Assembly (NCBI GenBank): GCA_965223505.1
Contig: CBDCWP010000044.1
Location: 32,001 to 96,000, forward strand
Direction: 5' to 3'
From: Planctomycetota bacterium
Lineage (GTDB): Bacteria; Planctomycetota; PLA2; JAEUHO01
DNA length: 64,000 nt
Both the position numbers and the translations under genes were made by a program. Position 1 is the first letter of the stretch, and each line of letters opens with the position of its first letter. Below the pieces are notes generated by a model. It saw only the letters and a list, made by a program, of their open reading frames with translations. It was not told where the DNA came from and made no database searches. Positions 18,487-29,344 of this stretch are shown here, one piece after another.

Positions 18487-21468
18487 ATGAGGCCGCGGTC
18501 GTCGATCTACCTCGTGTTGGGCGCTCTGCTCGCGCTCGCACCGCTGAGCGCGCCGGCCGTCGCGGACGAGGAGCGCGCGAAGAAGAAGCGGTTGCCGCCG
18601 CCCGTCATTCGCAAGGGACCCCCCGTGCGCACCGACGGGCCGCCGGTCGCCCTGCCGCGGCAGCCCACCCCCGAGTCCCGGCCGCCGCCGACGCCGACGC
18701 CTCGAACGCCCGCGCCCCGTCCCCTGCCGCCGCCTCCTCCTCCGCCGCCGCCGCCGCCCCCGAGCGTGCCTGCGCCCAACGAACCCGCTCCGCGCACGCC
18801 GAAGGAGCCCGCTCCGCACACGCCGAAGGAGCCCGTCCCGAGTGCGCCGAAGGAGCTTGAGCCGGGCGCGTTGCGAGAGGCGCCGGACGATCCGTTGCTG
18901 CCGGGCCGGCAGCCGGTGACGCCAGGGGCGTTGCTTCGGCCGCCGCCGCGTCCCGACGCGCCGAGCCGCGCGCCGACGCGTCCCGCCGGGTCGAGCGTCG
19001 ACCGGGGCATTCCACGACGTCCTCCGAGCCGTCCGGAATCGGAGCCGATGGCGAGGCCGGGTGACTTCAGCTTCGAGACCGCCCGCGTCGGCGGGTTGAT
19101 CCACGTCGAGGAGGAGGGCGAGGGCAAGGCCGTCTTGCTGCTGACCGGGAACCCGCACATTCGCTGGATCGCGCACAACGACGCCAAAGGCGACTTCGTG
19201 CCCGAGCTGTCGATCAAGGCCAACACGATCGTGGCGTGGGTGAAGCGGGGCGGCTTTCGCGAGCTCGAAGCGTTCGGCGGCGTCAGCGCGTCCCTGACGC
19301 GCAGCGGCGCCGACGGACGCGCCGGCGCGGCGCCATCGGAGCCTGCGACGCCCGAGACCGGCTCCGAAATTCCGGACTTCATCGAGGGCGTCTACGCGGA
19401 GGGCGCGGTCAAGGTCACGTTCGGCGATCAGACGTTTCAATCGGACGTTCTCTACTTCGATCCGCAGAACTTCGTCGCGTTGCTCGTCGCGCCCCAGGTC
19501 GACACGAAGATCGACACGACGAAGGGCCGGCTGCCCTTGCACGTTCGCGCGCGCCGAGCGCGCGTCATCGGACGCGGCCTCACGGTGTTCGACGACGCGA
19601 CGGTCTCGACGAGCCGTGCCGGCGACCGGATCGAGCTGCGCGTCGAGGAGCTGACCGTCGAGGAGTTCGCGACCGGCGTACGGCCCGACGGTTCCTACCG
19701 GCCGCACTTCCTCGGCTACCAGGTCGACACCACCCAGCGCTTTCGCGGGCGCAGGATCTCGGCCGTGGGCGAACGCATTCCGCTCTTCTACTGGCCCGAG
19801 CTCGAGTTCGGCATCGGCAAGGAGGAGTTCCCGTCGGGGCTGCGCGGCCTGACCACCGGCAGCCGCAGCAACCTGGGGCGCTACGGATTCGTCGAGTTCG
19901 GCGGGGCGATTCGTCCGTTCCCGAACGAGCCGCCGATCGAGTGGATGGCGGAGGTGGGCGGGTACTCGAAGCGCGGGTTCGCCGGCGGCGGCGGCCTGCG
20001 CTGGAACCGCCTGGACGCGCCGCGCGGCATTCGTACGACGGGGCGGGTCTCGTCGCGCCTGATGTACGACAACCGCTCGTTCGATCGCAACGGCAGCACG
20101 GACTTCGACGAGTGGCGCGGGCGCATGGTCTCCGAGAGCCGCACCTACCTGACGGAAGACCTCATCCTCGATGCCGAGGTCAACGTGTTCTCGGACCGCG
20201 GCTACGACATCGAGTTCTTCGAACGCGAAGCGCTCGAACACAAGGACCGCGAGTCGTACGGTCGCTTGCGATGGGCGCCGTCCGCGATCGGGAACACCGT
20301 CGGCACGCTGACGGGCAAGTGGCATCAGCGCAACTGGTTCACGGAGACGACCCAGGAGCCCGTGGCCGGTCTGTGGGTCGCTTCGGCGCCGCTGCTGGCT
20401 CCGTCGACGCCGGGCGGGCTCGGGGTCGACGTGACGACGGTCTCCGACGTCGGGCGTCGCAGCCGCAAGTTCGACGAGGCGCTGCCGGACCCGGACTACG
20501 CCGCATGGCGGTCCAGCACCGACACGCGCGTCAACATGGCATTCGACCTGGGCGACGTGCGGCTGTCCGGATACGGGGGCGTCGCGGCCGATCGTTACGA
20601 CCAGCGCACGGACGGCGGTCGGGACCTTACGCGCACGGCCCTGTTGGCCGGCGCGCGTGCGAACCTGCAGCTTCACCGGGTGTACTTCGTGCAGGGCACC
20701 CGGTTCGGTCTCGACGGTCTGCGGCACGTCGTCGACCTGGACTGCGAGTACTACGGCCGGTTCTTCGACTCGAACGATCCGGCGGACGTGCCGTTCTTCG
20801 ACATGCGTGACATGCAGGAGGAGCGCAGCGAGCTCATCTTCCGCGTGCGCAATCGTCTGCAGACGCGCAGGCGGCCCCAGGCGCCCATCGGGTTCGACGA
20901 CTGGCACGGACCGCATGTCGCGCAGAGCGGTCCCCTGCGGACCGTCCTCGACTTCGACGTCGCGGTGCACACCTACGTGGACGGTGTCGGGCCGTACAAC
21001 CGGCGCTCCGACGGTCTCGTGGAGCTCGCGATGTGGGGCGAGCCGAGCGAGGGGTTGCGCGTCGCCGGCGAGATGGACATCGACTTCGCGCAAGGCATCC
21101 AGACCGGCTTGTTGGGCGCGGGGTTCGAAGGCCCGTCCCGGTTCGGGCTCTTCTCCGTGGGTGGGGCGTTTCGCTTTGCCCGGTCCCAGAGCCTGGCCCT
21201 GTCCGGGGACGTCGCGCTGCGCGTGAGCCCGCGGTACGGCTTCCACTGGCGCCAGATCCACGACTTCGACGACGGCGTCAACGTGTTCCAGATCCTGGCG
21301 CGGCGCTACAGCCAGGACCACGTGATCGAGTTCGGCGTCGGTTGGCGCGACTCGGACTTGGAGCTCGAGCTGCGCTTCGAGCCGGCCATCGGCGGCGTGT
21401 CGACCGAGCGCGGCTCGCTCTCGTTCCGCGACGTGCCCAGCCTGGATCCCCACAACTCGATTCGGTGA
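18487..21468 (+). CDS. LptD-like outer-membrane protein with Pro-rich N-terminal extension
   Basis: Signal peptide; GVYAEGAV..SDVLYFD jellyroll-like part; IPLFYWP; YSKRG; SDRGYDIEFFE; GLRHVV; RNRLQTR. Beta-barrel-like C-terminal region; next to murJ. Confidence 0.72.
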   Translation: MRPRSSIYLVLGALLALAPLSAPAVADEERAKKKRLPPPVIRKGPPVRTDGPPVALPRQPTPESRPPPTPTPRTPAPRPLPPPPPPPPPPPPSVPAPNEPAPRTPKEPAPHTPKEPVPSAPKELEPGALREAPDDPLLPGRQPVTPGALLRPPPRPDAPSRAPTRPAGSSVDRGIPRRPPSRPESEPMARPGDFSFETARVGGLIHVEEEGEGKAVLLLTGNPHIRWIAHNDAKGDFVPELSIKANTIVAWVKRGGFRELEAFGGVSASLTRSGADGRAGAAPSEPATPETGSEIPDFIEGVYAEGAVKVTFGDQTFQSDVLYFDPQNFVALLVAPQVDTKIDTTKGRLPLHVRARRARVIGRGLTVFDDATVSTSRAGDRIELRVEELTVEEFATGVRPDGSYRPHFLGYQVDTTQRFRGRRISAVGERIPLFYWPELEFGIGKEEFPSGLRGLTTGSRSNLGRYGFVEFGGAIRPFPNEPPIEWMAEVGGYSKRGFAGGGGLRWNRLDAPRGIRTTGRVSSRLMYDNRSFDRNGSTDFDEWRGRMVSESRTYLTEDLILDAEVNVFSDRGYDIEFFEREALEHKDRESYGRLRWAPSAIGNTVGTLTGKWHQRNWFTETTQEPVAGLWVASAPLLAPSTPGGLGVDVTTVSDVGRRSRKFDEALPDPDYAAWRSSTDTRVNMAFDLGDVRLSGYGGVAADRYDQRTDGGRDLTRTALLAGARANLQLHRVYFVQGTRFGLDGLRHVVDLDCEYYGRFFDSNDPADVPFFDMRDMQEERSELIFRVRNRLQTRRRPQAPIGFDDWHGPHVAQSGPLRTVLDFDVAVHTYVDGVGPYNRRSDGLVELAMWGEPSEGLRVAGEMDIDFAQGIQTGLLGAGFEGPSRFGLFSVGGAFRFARSQSLALSGDVALRVSPRYGFHWRQIHDFDDGVNVFQILARRYSQDHVIEFGVGWRDSDLELELRFEPAIGGVSTERGSLSFRDVPSLDPHNSIR
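18781..18852 (+). repeat. 24-bp intragenic tandem repeat x3 (EPAPRTPK/EPAPHTPK/EPVPSAPK)
   Basis: Three adjacent imperfect copies following a poly-Pro run. Confidence 0.85.
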
Positions 21469-21478
21469 ATCGGCGCTC

Positions 21479-21982
21479 GTGCCCCATACTGGTCGCGTGA
21501 GCAGCCCGTCCGCGATCTTCGCCGGCACCTTCGACCCCGTGACCAACGGCCACGTGGACGTCGTCGAGCGCGCGGCGGCGGTGTTCGGGCAGGTGATCGT
21601 GTCCGTGTCGCGCGGCGGCCGGTCCACCGTGTTCGACGTGGACGAGCGGGTCGCGTTGTTCGAGCGCGCGGTCGAGGGCCTCGAGAACGTGACGATCGAG
21701 CCGTTCGAGGGGCTGGTGATCGGGCAGGCCCGCAAGCACGACGCCCGGGTGCTGCTGCGCGGCATTCGTGAGGTGGGGGACTGGGACTACGAGATGCAGA
21801 TGGCGTTCGCGAACCGCGACATGGCGCCGGAGGTCGAGACGGTCTTCCTGGCGCCGTCGTCGGGCCTGGCGCGCATCTCCGCATCGCTGGTGCGGGAGGT
21901 GGCGTCGCTGGGCGGGGACGTGTCCGCGTGGGTGCCGGCGCACGTCAACGAGGCGCTGCGGGCGAAGTTCCCGCCGTCGTAG
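21479..21982 (+). CDS. coaD: Pantetheine-phosphate adenylyltransferase
   Basis: AIFAGTFDPVTNGH, LLRGIR..DWDYE, ISASLVREVASLGGDVS. Start may be GTG 21497. Confidence 0.96.
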   Translation: MPHTGRVSSPSAIFAGTFDPVTNGHVDVVERAAAVFGQVIVSVSRGGRSTVFDVDERVALFERAVEGLENVTIEPFEGLVIGQARKHDARVLLRGIREVGDWDYEMQMAFANRDMAPEVETVFLAPSSGLARISASLVREVASLGGDVSAWVPAHVNEALRAKFPPS

Positions 21983-22060
21983 GGGCGCCAAACGCCGGAA
22001 TCGGGCAGCGGGAGGCGGGCGCGCTGGTTAGGATTCCCCACCCGCCGACGGAGGGCGACG

Positions 22061-24148
22061 ATGTATCGAAATCTCTGGGGCCTCGTCGCCATCTTCGCCG
22101 GCGGTCTGGCGGTGGCCCTGCTCATCTTCGGCGCCACCTCGGCGCGCAACGAGCCGCCGGCGGACTTCACGTTCGTCAACGGCACCGAGCCCAAGTCGCT
22201 CGACCCGAACGTCATGACCGGGCAGCCCGAGGGCCGCATCGGCTGGGCCATCTTCGAGGGCCTCACGTATCACGACCCCGAGACCCTGCGCCCCATGCCG
22301 GGCGTGGCCGAGTCGTGGACCATCTCGGAAGACGGGCGTACCTACACGTTCAAGCTCCGCAAGGAAGCCAAGTGGAGCGACGGAGTGCCCATCACCGCCC
22401 ATGACTTCACGTGGTCGTGGCGCCGGCTGCAGGATCCCAAGCTCGGCTCGGAGTACCCGTACATCCAGCACATGATCAAGTACGCCGAGGAGTTCAACAC
22501 GTACGGCGGCCATGTGAAGAGGCTCGAGGGGAAGATCGCCGAGGCGCTCGGCAAGCTGATCAAGCAGACCAACGACGAGGGCGCCGACGGGATCGACGCC
22601 AAGACGTGGGAGGCGTTCGTCAAGGCCAACCACGTCAACGACACCGTGAAGGGCACGCCTGATGCGTGGTTACGCGAGGTGCTCGTGCGCAGGGAGGGCC
22701 GCCTCTCGAATGACGACCTGACCCGCATGCAGGCCGCGCTCGCGACGGAAGCCAAACGGCGAGCCGACGTTCTGCAGGAGGCGAACGAGAAATTCGGTCG
22801 CAGCGGCGGCGTTTTCGCGAAGGACGATCACACGCTGGTGGTCGAGCTGAAGGCGCCGACGCCGTACTTTCTCGAGATCACGACGTTCTACTCGTCGTGT
22901 CCCGTCCCGCGACACGTCGTCGAGAAGAAGGACGCCGACGGCAACGTCATCGAGGGCGAGTACGTCGAGGACTGGTTCACGCCCGGCAAGATCGTCTCCA
23001 ACGGCCCGTTCGTCCTGCACGAGTGGCGCGTCAACGAGAAGATCCGGCTGCACAAGAGCGAGACCTACTGGGGCAAGGACACCATCAAGGTCGACATCAT
23101 CGACGCGCTGCCGATCGAGAACGCGACGACGGGCATGAACCTCTACCTCGCGGGCACGGTGGACTGGATGCCGACGCCGCCGCCGCCGCTCGCGGGCGTG
23201 CTCGCCGAGCGTCCCGAGAAGGACTACTACCTGCGGCCCGGGATGATCGTCTACTACTACCGGCTCAACTGCACGCGCAAGGGACTCACGGACCCGCGCG
23301 TGCGCCTGGCCATCGCCATGTCGATCGACCGCAAGTCGATCGTCGAGAACATCCTCAAGCAGGGCCAGAAGGAGGCCTACCACGTCGTGCCGCCAGGCAT
23401 TCCCGGCTACGAGCCGCCGCCCAGCGCCATCAAGTACGATCCCGAAGCGGCGCGCAAGCTCCTCGCGGACGCCGGGTTCGCCGGGGGCGAGGGCCTCGGC
23501 ACGTTGCGCTTGCTGTTCAACACCAACGAGAGCCACAAGGCCATCGCCGAGGCCGTCACCGATCAGCTGCGGCGCAACCTCGGGATCAAGGTCAATGCCT
23601 ACAACCAGGAGTGGCAGGCGTACCAGGCGAACATGCTCGCGCTCGACTACGACATCGCGCGCGCGGGCTGGATCGGCGACTACCTGGATCCCAACACGTT
23701 CCTCGACATGTGGATCACCAACGGCGGCAACAACCAGACCGGGTGGTCCAACGCGACGTACGACGCGATCCTGCGCTACGCGGCAGACGTCGAGCTGCTC
23801 TTCAAGGAGGACATCGACGGCTTCCTGGCCGGGATGCAGGAGCAGGACCGCTTGCGCGGCTTGATGCAGGCGATGGAAAGCGCTCCCGACACACCGTCGC
23901 GACTGAAGGCCGGCGAGAAGCTGCGCATGCACCTCTTCCGCGAGGCCGAGGCGATCATGTTCGGCCAGGAGATACCGATCATCCCGATCTACTACTACGT
24001 GACCAGCAACCTCGTTCATCCGTACGTGAAGGGCTGGTACGCGGATCTCGAGACCGAGGCCGGCGGCAAGGTGCCGAATCTCCAGGACATTCACCCGCTG
24101 CGCGGCATCGAGATCGACCGCGAGCGCAAGCAGAGGCGCGCACGATGA
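22061..24148 (+). CDS. oppA: OppA-like peptide-binding protein with helical insertions
   Basis: NGTEPKSLDP, IFEGL, PGVAESWTISEDGRTYTFKLR, VSNGPF, RAGWIGDYLDPNTFL. Confidence 0.92.
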   Translation: MYRNLWGLVAIFAGGLAVALLIFGATSARNEPPADFTFVNGTEPKSLDPNVMTGQPEGRIGWAIFEGLTYHDPETLRPMPGVAESWTISEDGRTYTFKLRKEAKWSDGVPITAHDFTWSWRRLQDPKLGSEYPYIQHMIKYAEEFNTYGGHVKRLEGKIAEALGKLIKQTNDEGADGIDAKTWEAFVKANHVNDTVKGTPDAWLREVLVRREGRLSNDDLTRMQAALATEAKRRADVLQEANEKFGRSGGVFAKDDHTLVVELKAPTPYFLEITTFYSSCPVPRHVVEKKDADGNVIEGEYVEDWFTPGKIVSNGPFVLHEWRVNEKIRLHKSETYWGKDTIKVDIIDALPIENATTGMNLYLAGTVDWMPTPPPPLAGVLAERPEKDYYLRPGMIVYYYRLNCTRKGLTDPRVRLAIAMSIDRKSIVENILKQGQKEAYHVVPPGIPGYEPPPSAIKYDPEAARKLLADAGFAGGEGLGTLRLLFNTNESHKAIAEAVTDQLRRNLGIKVNAYNQEWQAYQANMLALDYDIARAGWIGDYLDPNTFLDMWITNGGNNQTGWSNATYDAILRYAADVELLFKEDIDGFLAGMQEQDRLRGLMQAMESAPDTPSRLKAGEKLRMHLFREAEAIMFGQEIPIIPIYYYVTSNLVHPYVKGWYADLETEAGGKVPNLQDIHPLRGIEIDRERKQRRAR

Positions 24149-25341
24149 CGGGCGCACAGCAGCGCGTTCTCTGGGGCGCGATCGTCGCCGTTCTGGTCTT
24201 CGTTCTGATCGGCGTCTTCATCGGCTGGACCGAGGCCATCCTCGTGACGTTCCTCATGGGGCTGTTGACCGCGACGGCGTGGATGCCGGCTCGCGTGGCG
24301 CGCATCGTCGGCTCGCTCTATCTGGCGTTCGTCGTCGGCATCTTCGGGCGCGTCGCCTGGGGCTTCGTCGGCGGGCTGATCTTCGGCCTCGCCGTCGGGC
24401 TGATCGCCTGGAGGTTCCTGCCGACACGCGTCCAACGGCGCGTCGCGTTCATGATCCCGTCGATGGTGCTGCTCATCTTCGTCACCTGCACGCTGATGTA
24501 CATGGCGCCCGGCTCGCCGTTCGCGCAGGAGCGCGTCACCACGCAGCAAGCGCTCGAGGCGCAGCAAGCACGCTTCAAGATCGAGGCCACGGCGACGGCG
24601 TTCTTCTTCTCCTACATGCACGGCATCGTGCAAGAGGGCACGATGGGACAGGCTGTCAAGGTCCAAGGCCGCACGGTCGAGGAGCTGCTCTTCGATGCGT
24701 TGCCCGTGAGCATGTCGCTGGGGGTGCTGGCGCTCACCATCGCCGTAGCGCTCGGCCTCTTCCTCGGGGTACGAGCCGGGCTGAAACCGAACTCGGTCGC
24801 CGACTACAGCAGCATGGGGCTGGCGATGATCGGCATCTCGCTGCCGAACTTCGTGATCGGCGCGGGCTTCATGATCCTGTTCGCGCTCTCGTGGGGTTGG
24901 CTGCCGGTGGCCGGATGGGGAACCTACGGTCATCTCTTGATGCCCGCGCTCACCCTGGCGCTGCCGTACGCCGCGTACATCGCGCGATTGGCCCGCGGCG
25001 GAACCATCGAGGTCATGCAGCAGGACTTCATCCGCACGGCGCGCGCGAAGGGCCTCTCCGAGCGCGCGGTGGTGCTGAAGCACGCGCTGAAGGGCTCGAT
25101 CCTCCCGGTCGTCTCGTTCCTCGGACCCGCCGCGGCGGGCATCTTCACCGGTTCCTTCGTCATCGAGACGATGTTCGGCATCCCCGGCATGGGGCAGTTC
25201 TTCGTCAAGAGCGCGATCGGCCGCGACTACTCCGTCGTGCTCGGCACCGCGATCATCTACTTCACCATCATCACGATGTTCAACCTGCTGGTCGACATCG
25301 CTTACGCCTGGCTCGACCCGCGCGTTCGGGAGGAGCTCTAA
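24145..25341 (+). CDS. oppB: OppB permease with extra N-terminal TM segments
   Basis: ATG overlaps the oppA stop; APGSPF; QDFIRTARAKGL; DIAYAWLDPR. Confidence 0.9.
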   Translation: MTGAQQRVLWGAIVAVLVFVLIGVFIGWTEAILVTFLMGLLTATAWMPARVARIVGSLYLAFVVGIFGRVAWGFVGGLIFGLAVGLIAWRFLPTRVQRRVAFMIPSMVLLIFVTCTLMYMAPGSPFAQERVTTQQALEAQQARFKIEATATAFFFSYMHGIVQEGTMGQAVKVQGRTVEELLFDALPVSMSLGVLALTIAVALGLFLGVRAGLKPNSVADYSSMGLAMIGISLPNFVIGAGFMILFALSWGWLPVAGWGTYGHLLMPALTLALPYAAYIARLARGGTIEVMQQDFIRTARAKGLSERAVVLKHALKGSILPVVSFLGPAAAGIFTGSFVIETMFGIPGMGQFFVKSAIGRDYSVVLGTAIIYFTIITMFNLLVDIAYAWLDPRVREEL

Positions 25342-26237
25342 TGGCCGCGCCCGACATCATCAAGCAGGCGCCGAAGGGATCGAGCCTGTGGCAGGACGCG
25401 TGGAAGCGCTTGCGCCGCAACAAGCTCGCCATGGCCGGCGGCTTCGTGCTGATCGCGATGATCCTGTTCTGCTTCCTCGGGCCGATGCTGCTCGGGGGCG
25501 ACCACGAGCGGAACGATCTGGTCAACAACTATCAGCCGCCCGGCGAACATGGGGTGTTCGGAACGGACGCGTTGGGCCGTGACTTCTTCGTGCGCGTGCT
25601 GGTGGGCGGACAGACGTCGCTGCTCGTCGGTCTCGCGGCGACGCTCTCCAGCCTGATCATCGGCGTGCTCTACGGATGTATCGCCGGCTACTACGGCGGG
25701 CGTCTCGACGAGATCATGATGCGCATCGTCGACTTCCTGTTCGGCATCCCGTACATGTTCCTCGTCATCCTGCTGATGCTGATGTTCAGCGACGAGAGCC
25801 GCAAGACGAACCCGGTCCCGATCTTCTTCGCACTGGGACTCGTTCAATGGCTCACGATGGCGCGCATCGTGCGCGGCCAGGCGTTGACGATCCGCGGACA
25901 GGAGTACGTGCAGGCCGCGAAGGTGCTCGGCGCCAGCGACGCGCGCATCCTGCTGCGGCATGTGTTGCCGAACGTGATCAGCGTCGTCATCGTCTACGCG
26001 ACGCTGACGGTGCCCGCCGTCATCCTGCTGGAGTCGTTCCTCTCGTACCTCGGCCTCGGCGTGGATCTCTCGTGGGGTGTCCTCGTGTCGGAGGGCGTGC
26101 AGGTCGTCAACCCGATCAAGTCGTACTGGTGGCTGCTGTTCTTCCCCAGCCTGTTCCTCGCCATCACCCTGTTCAGCTTGAACTTCCTCGGCGACGGTCT
26201 GCGAGATGCGCTCGACCCCAAGACGAGAAAGGAGTAG
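25341..26237 (+). CDS. oppC: OppC permease
   Basis: SLWQDAWKRLRRNKLA; FGTDALGRD; GDGLRDALDPK. Confidence 0.93.
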   Translation: MAAPDIIKQAPKGSSLWQDAWKRLRRNKLAMAGGFVLIAMILFCFLGPMLLGGDHERNDLVNNYQPPGEHGVFGTDALGRDFFVRVLVGGQTSLLVGLAATLSSLIIGVLYGCIAGYYGGRLDEIMMRIVDFLFGIPYMFLVILLMLMFSDESRKTNPVPIFFALGLVQWLTMARIVRGQALTIRGQEYVQAAKVLGASDARILLRHVLPNVISVVIVYATLTVPAVILLESFLSYLGLGVDLSWGVLVSEGVQVVNPIKSYWWLLFFPSLFLAITLFSLNFLGDGLRDALDPKTRKE

Positions 26238-26241
26238 CTCG

Positions 26242-28037
<1,796 letters not shown>

Positions 28038-28041
<4 letters not shown>

Positions 28042-28433
28042 TGCGGCGGGTGGTGGCGACGGAGGGCGCGCCCGCCGCGATCGGTCCGTACAGCCAGGCG
28101 ATCGTCTACGGCGGCATTGTGTACACCGCGGGGCAGATCGCGCTGGACCCCGACGACCTCTCGGGCCCGCTCGTCGGCGCCGGCGACGTCGCCGCCGAGA
28201 CCGAGCAGGTCCTGCAGAACCTGACGAAGGTGCTCCATGCGGCGGGTACGGGCATGGGAAGCGTCCTGCGCTGCGACGTGTTCCTCGCGGACATGGGCGA
28301 CTTCGACGCGATGAACGCCGTGTACGCCCGACACATGCCCGAGGACCCGCCGGCGCGAACGACGGTGCAGGCGGCGGGGCTCCCCCGGGGTGCGCGCGTG
28401 GAGATCGCCGCAATCGCCGCGGTCCCGCAATGA
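28038..28433 (+). CDS. ridA: RidA/YjgF family enamine/imine deaminase
   Basis: APAAIGPYSQA, GQI, PPARTTV..LPRGARVEI. Confidence 0.9.
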
Positions 28434-28473
28434 CCTTCATCCGGTCTTTGGGGGGCCGCGCTAGACTCGGAAC

Positions 28474-29211
28474 GTGACCGAGAGCGCGCCAACCCTGCAC
28501 GTCGTCCTGTTCGATCTCGACGACACGCTGTACAGCACGACGGAGTTCGCGCACCAGGCGCGCCGTAACGCCGTGAAGCAGATGATCGCCCAGGGCTTGC
28601 GAATCTCCGAAGACGAGGCGTTCGCCGAGCTGAGCGAGGTGGTCGCCGAGTTCTCGAGCAACTACGACCAGCACTTCGGGCGCTTGCTGGACCGTCTGGG
28701 GCCCGAGACGTACGAGGGCCGCAATCCCGCCGTGATCATGGCGGCGGGCGTCGTCGGCTATCACCGGACCAAGGCGGGAGGCTTGCGCATGCTGCCCGAC
28801 GTGCGCGAGACGCTCGAGGCGCTGCGCGAGGCCGGGGTGCGCGCGGGCGTGCTCAGCGCCGGGCTGCACGTGAAGCAGGCCGAAAAGCTGATTCGCTTGG
28901 ATGCGCTGCGCTACTTCGACGACGCGGCGATCTTCTTCTCCGACCAGATGGGGGTGAGCAAGCCGAACCCGAAGATCTACGCGAAGGCGTGCGCTGCGTT
29001 GGCGGTGGATCCGGCGTCTGCGATGTACGTGGGGGATCGGCCGACGCACGACATCGAGCCGGCGGCGGGCATCGGGATGAAGACGGTGCACTACACGGGC
29101 GCGTCGGGCGCGCACTGCCAGGCGACGGACGGCATCCGGCCGGACCACATGATCGACGACATGCGCGAGCTGTTGACGATCCTGCGCGACGAGTACGGGG
29201 TCGTCGTCTAA
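28474..29211 (+). CDS. HAD-superfamily hydrolase
   Basis: FDLDDTL, KPNP, VGDRPTHDI. Confidence 0.92.
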   Translation: MTESAPTLHVVLFDLDDTLYSTTEFAHQARRNAVKQMIAQGLRISEDEAFAELSEVVAEFSSNYDQHFGRLLDRLGPETYEGRNPAVIMAAGVVGYHRTKAGGLRMLPDVRETLEALREAGVRAGVLSAGLHVKQAEKLIRLDALRYFDDAAIFFSDQMGVSKPNPKIYAKACAALAVDPASAMYVGDRPTHDIEPAAGIGMKTVHYTGASGAHCQATDGIRPDHMIDDMRELLTILRDEYGVVV

Positions 29212-29292
29212 CGGGCGTGGCGTCGCGCGCAACCGATCTGTTCACGGCGCGCGCAACCCTCGGGCCCGCCCCTACGGGGTGCCGCCGAATTG

Positions 29293-29325
29293 AAAAGGGC
29301 CCGGCGGTCTGCGACCGCCGGGCCC
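29293..29325 (-). terminator. Intrinsic terminator of secretin paralog 1
   Basis: 13-bp perfect stem GGGCCCGGCGGTC/GACCGCCGGGCCC, with AAAA on + (U-tract on -). Confidence 0.8.
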
Positions 29326-29344
29326 CGTGATTGTCCAGGCCGGT

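Noticed and set aside
22897..25341. 814-aa ORF (and 24279-26237, 18283-21468) suggesting fusions
   Set aside because: Upstream extensions overlap real genes in another frame; true starts are 24145, 25341 and 18487.
29262..29275. GGGCCCGCCCCTAC REP-like remnant
   Set aside because: Only the GTAG end is retained; too degenerate to call as a full REP.
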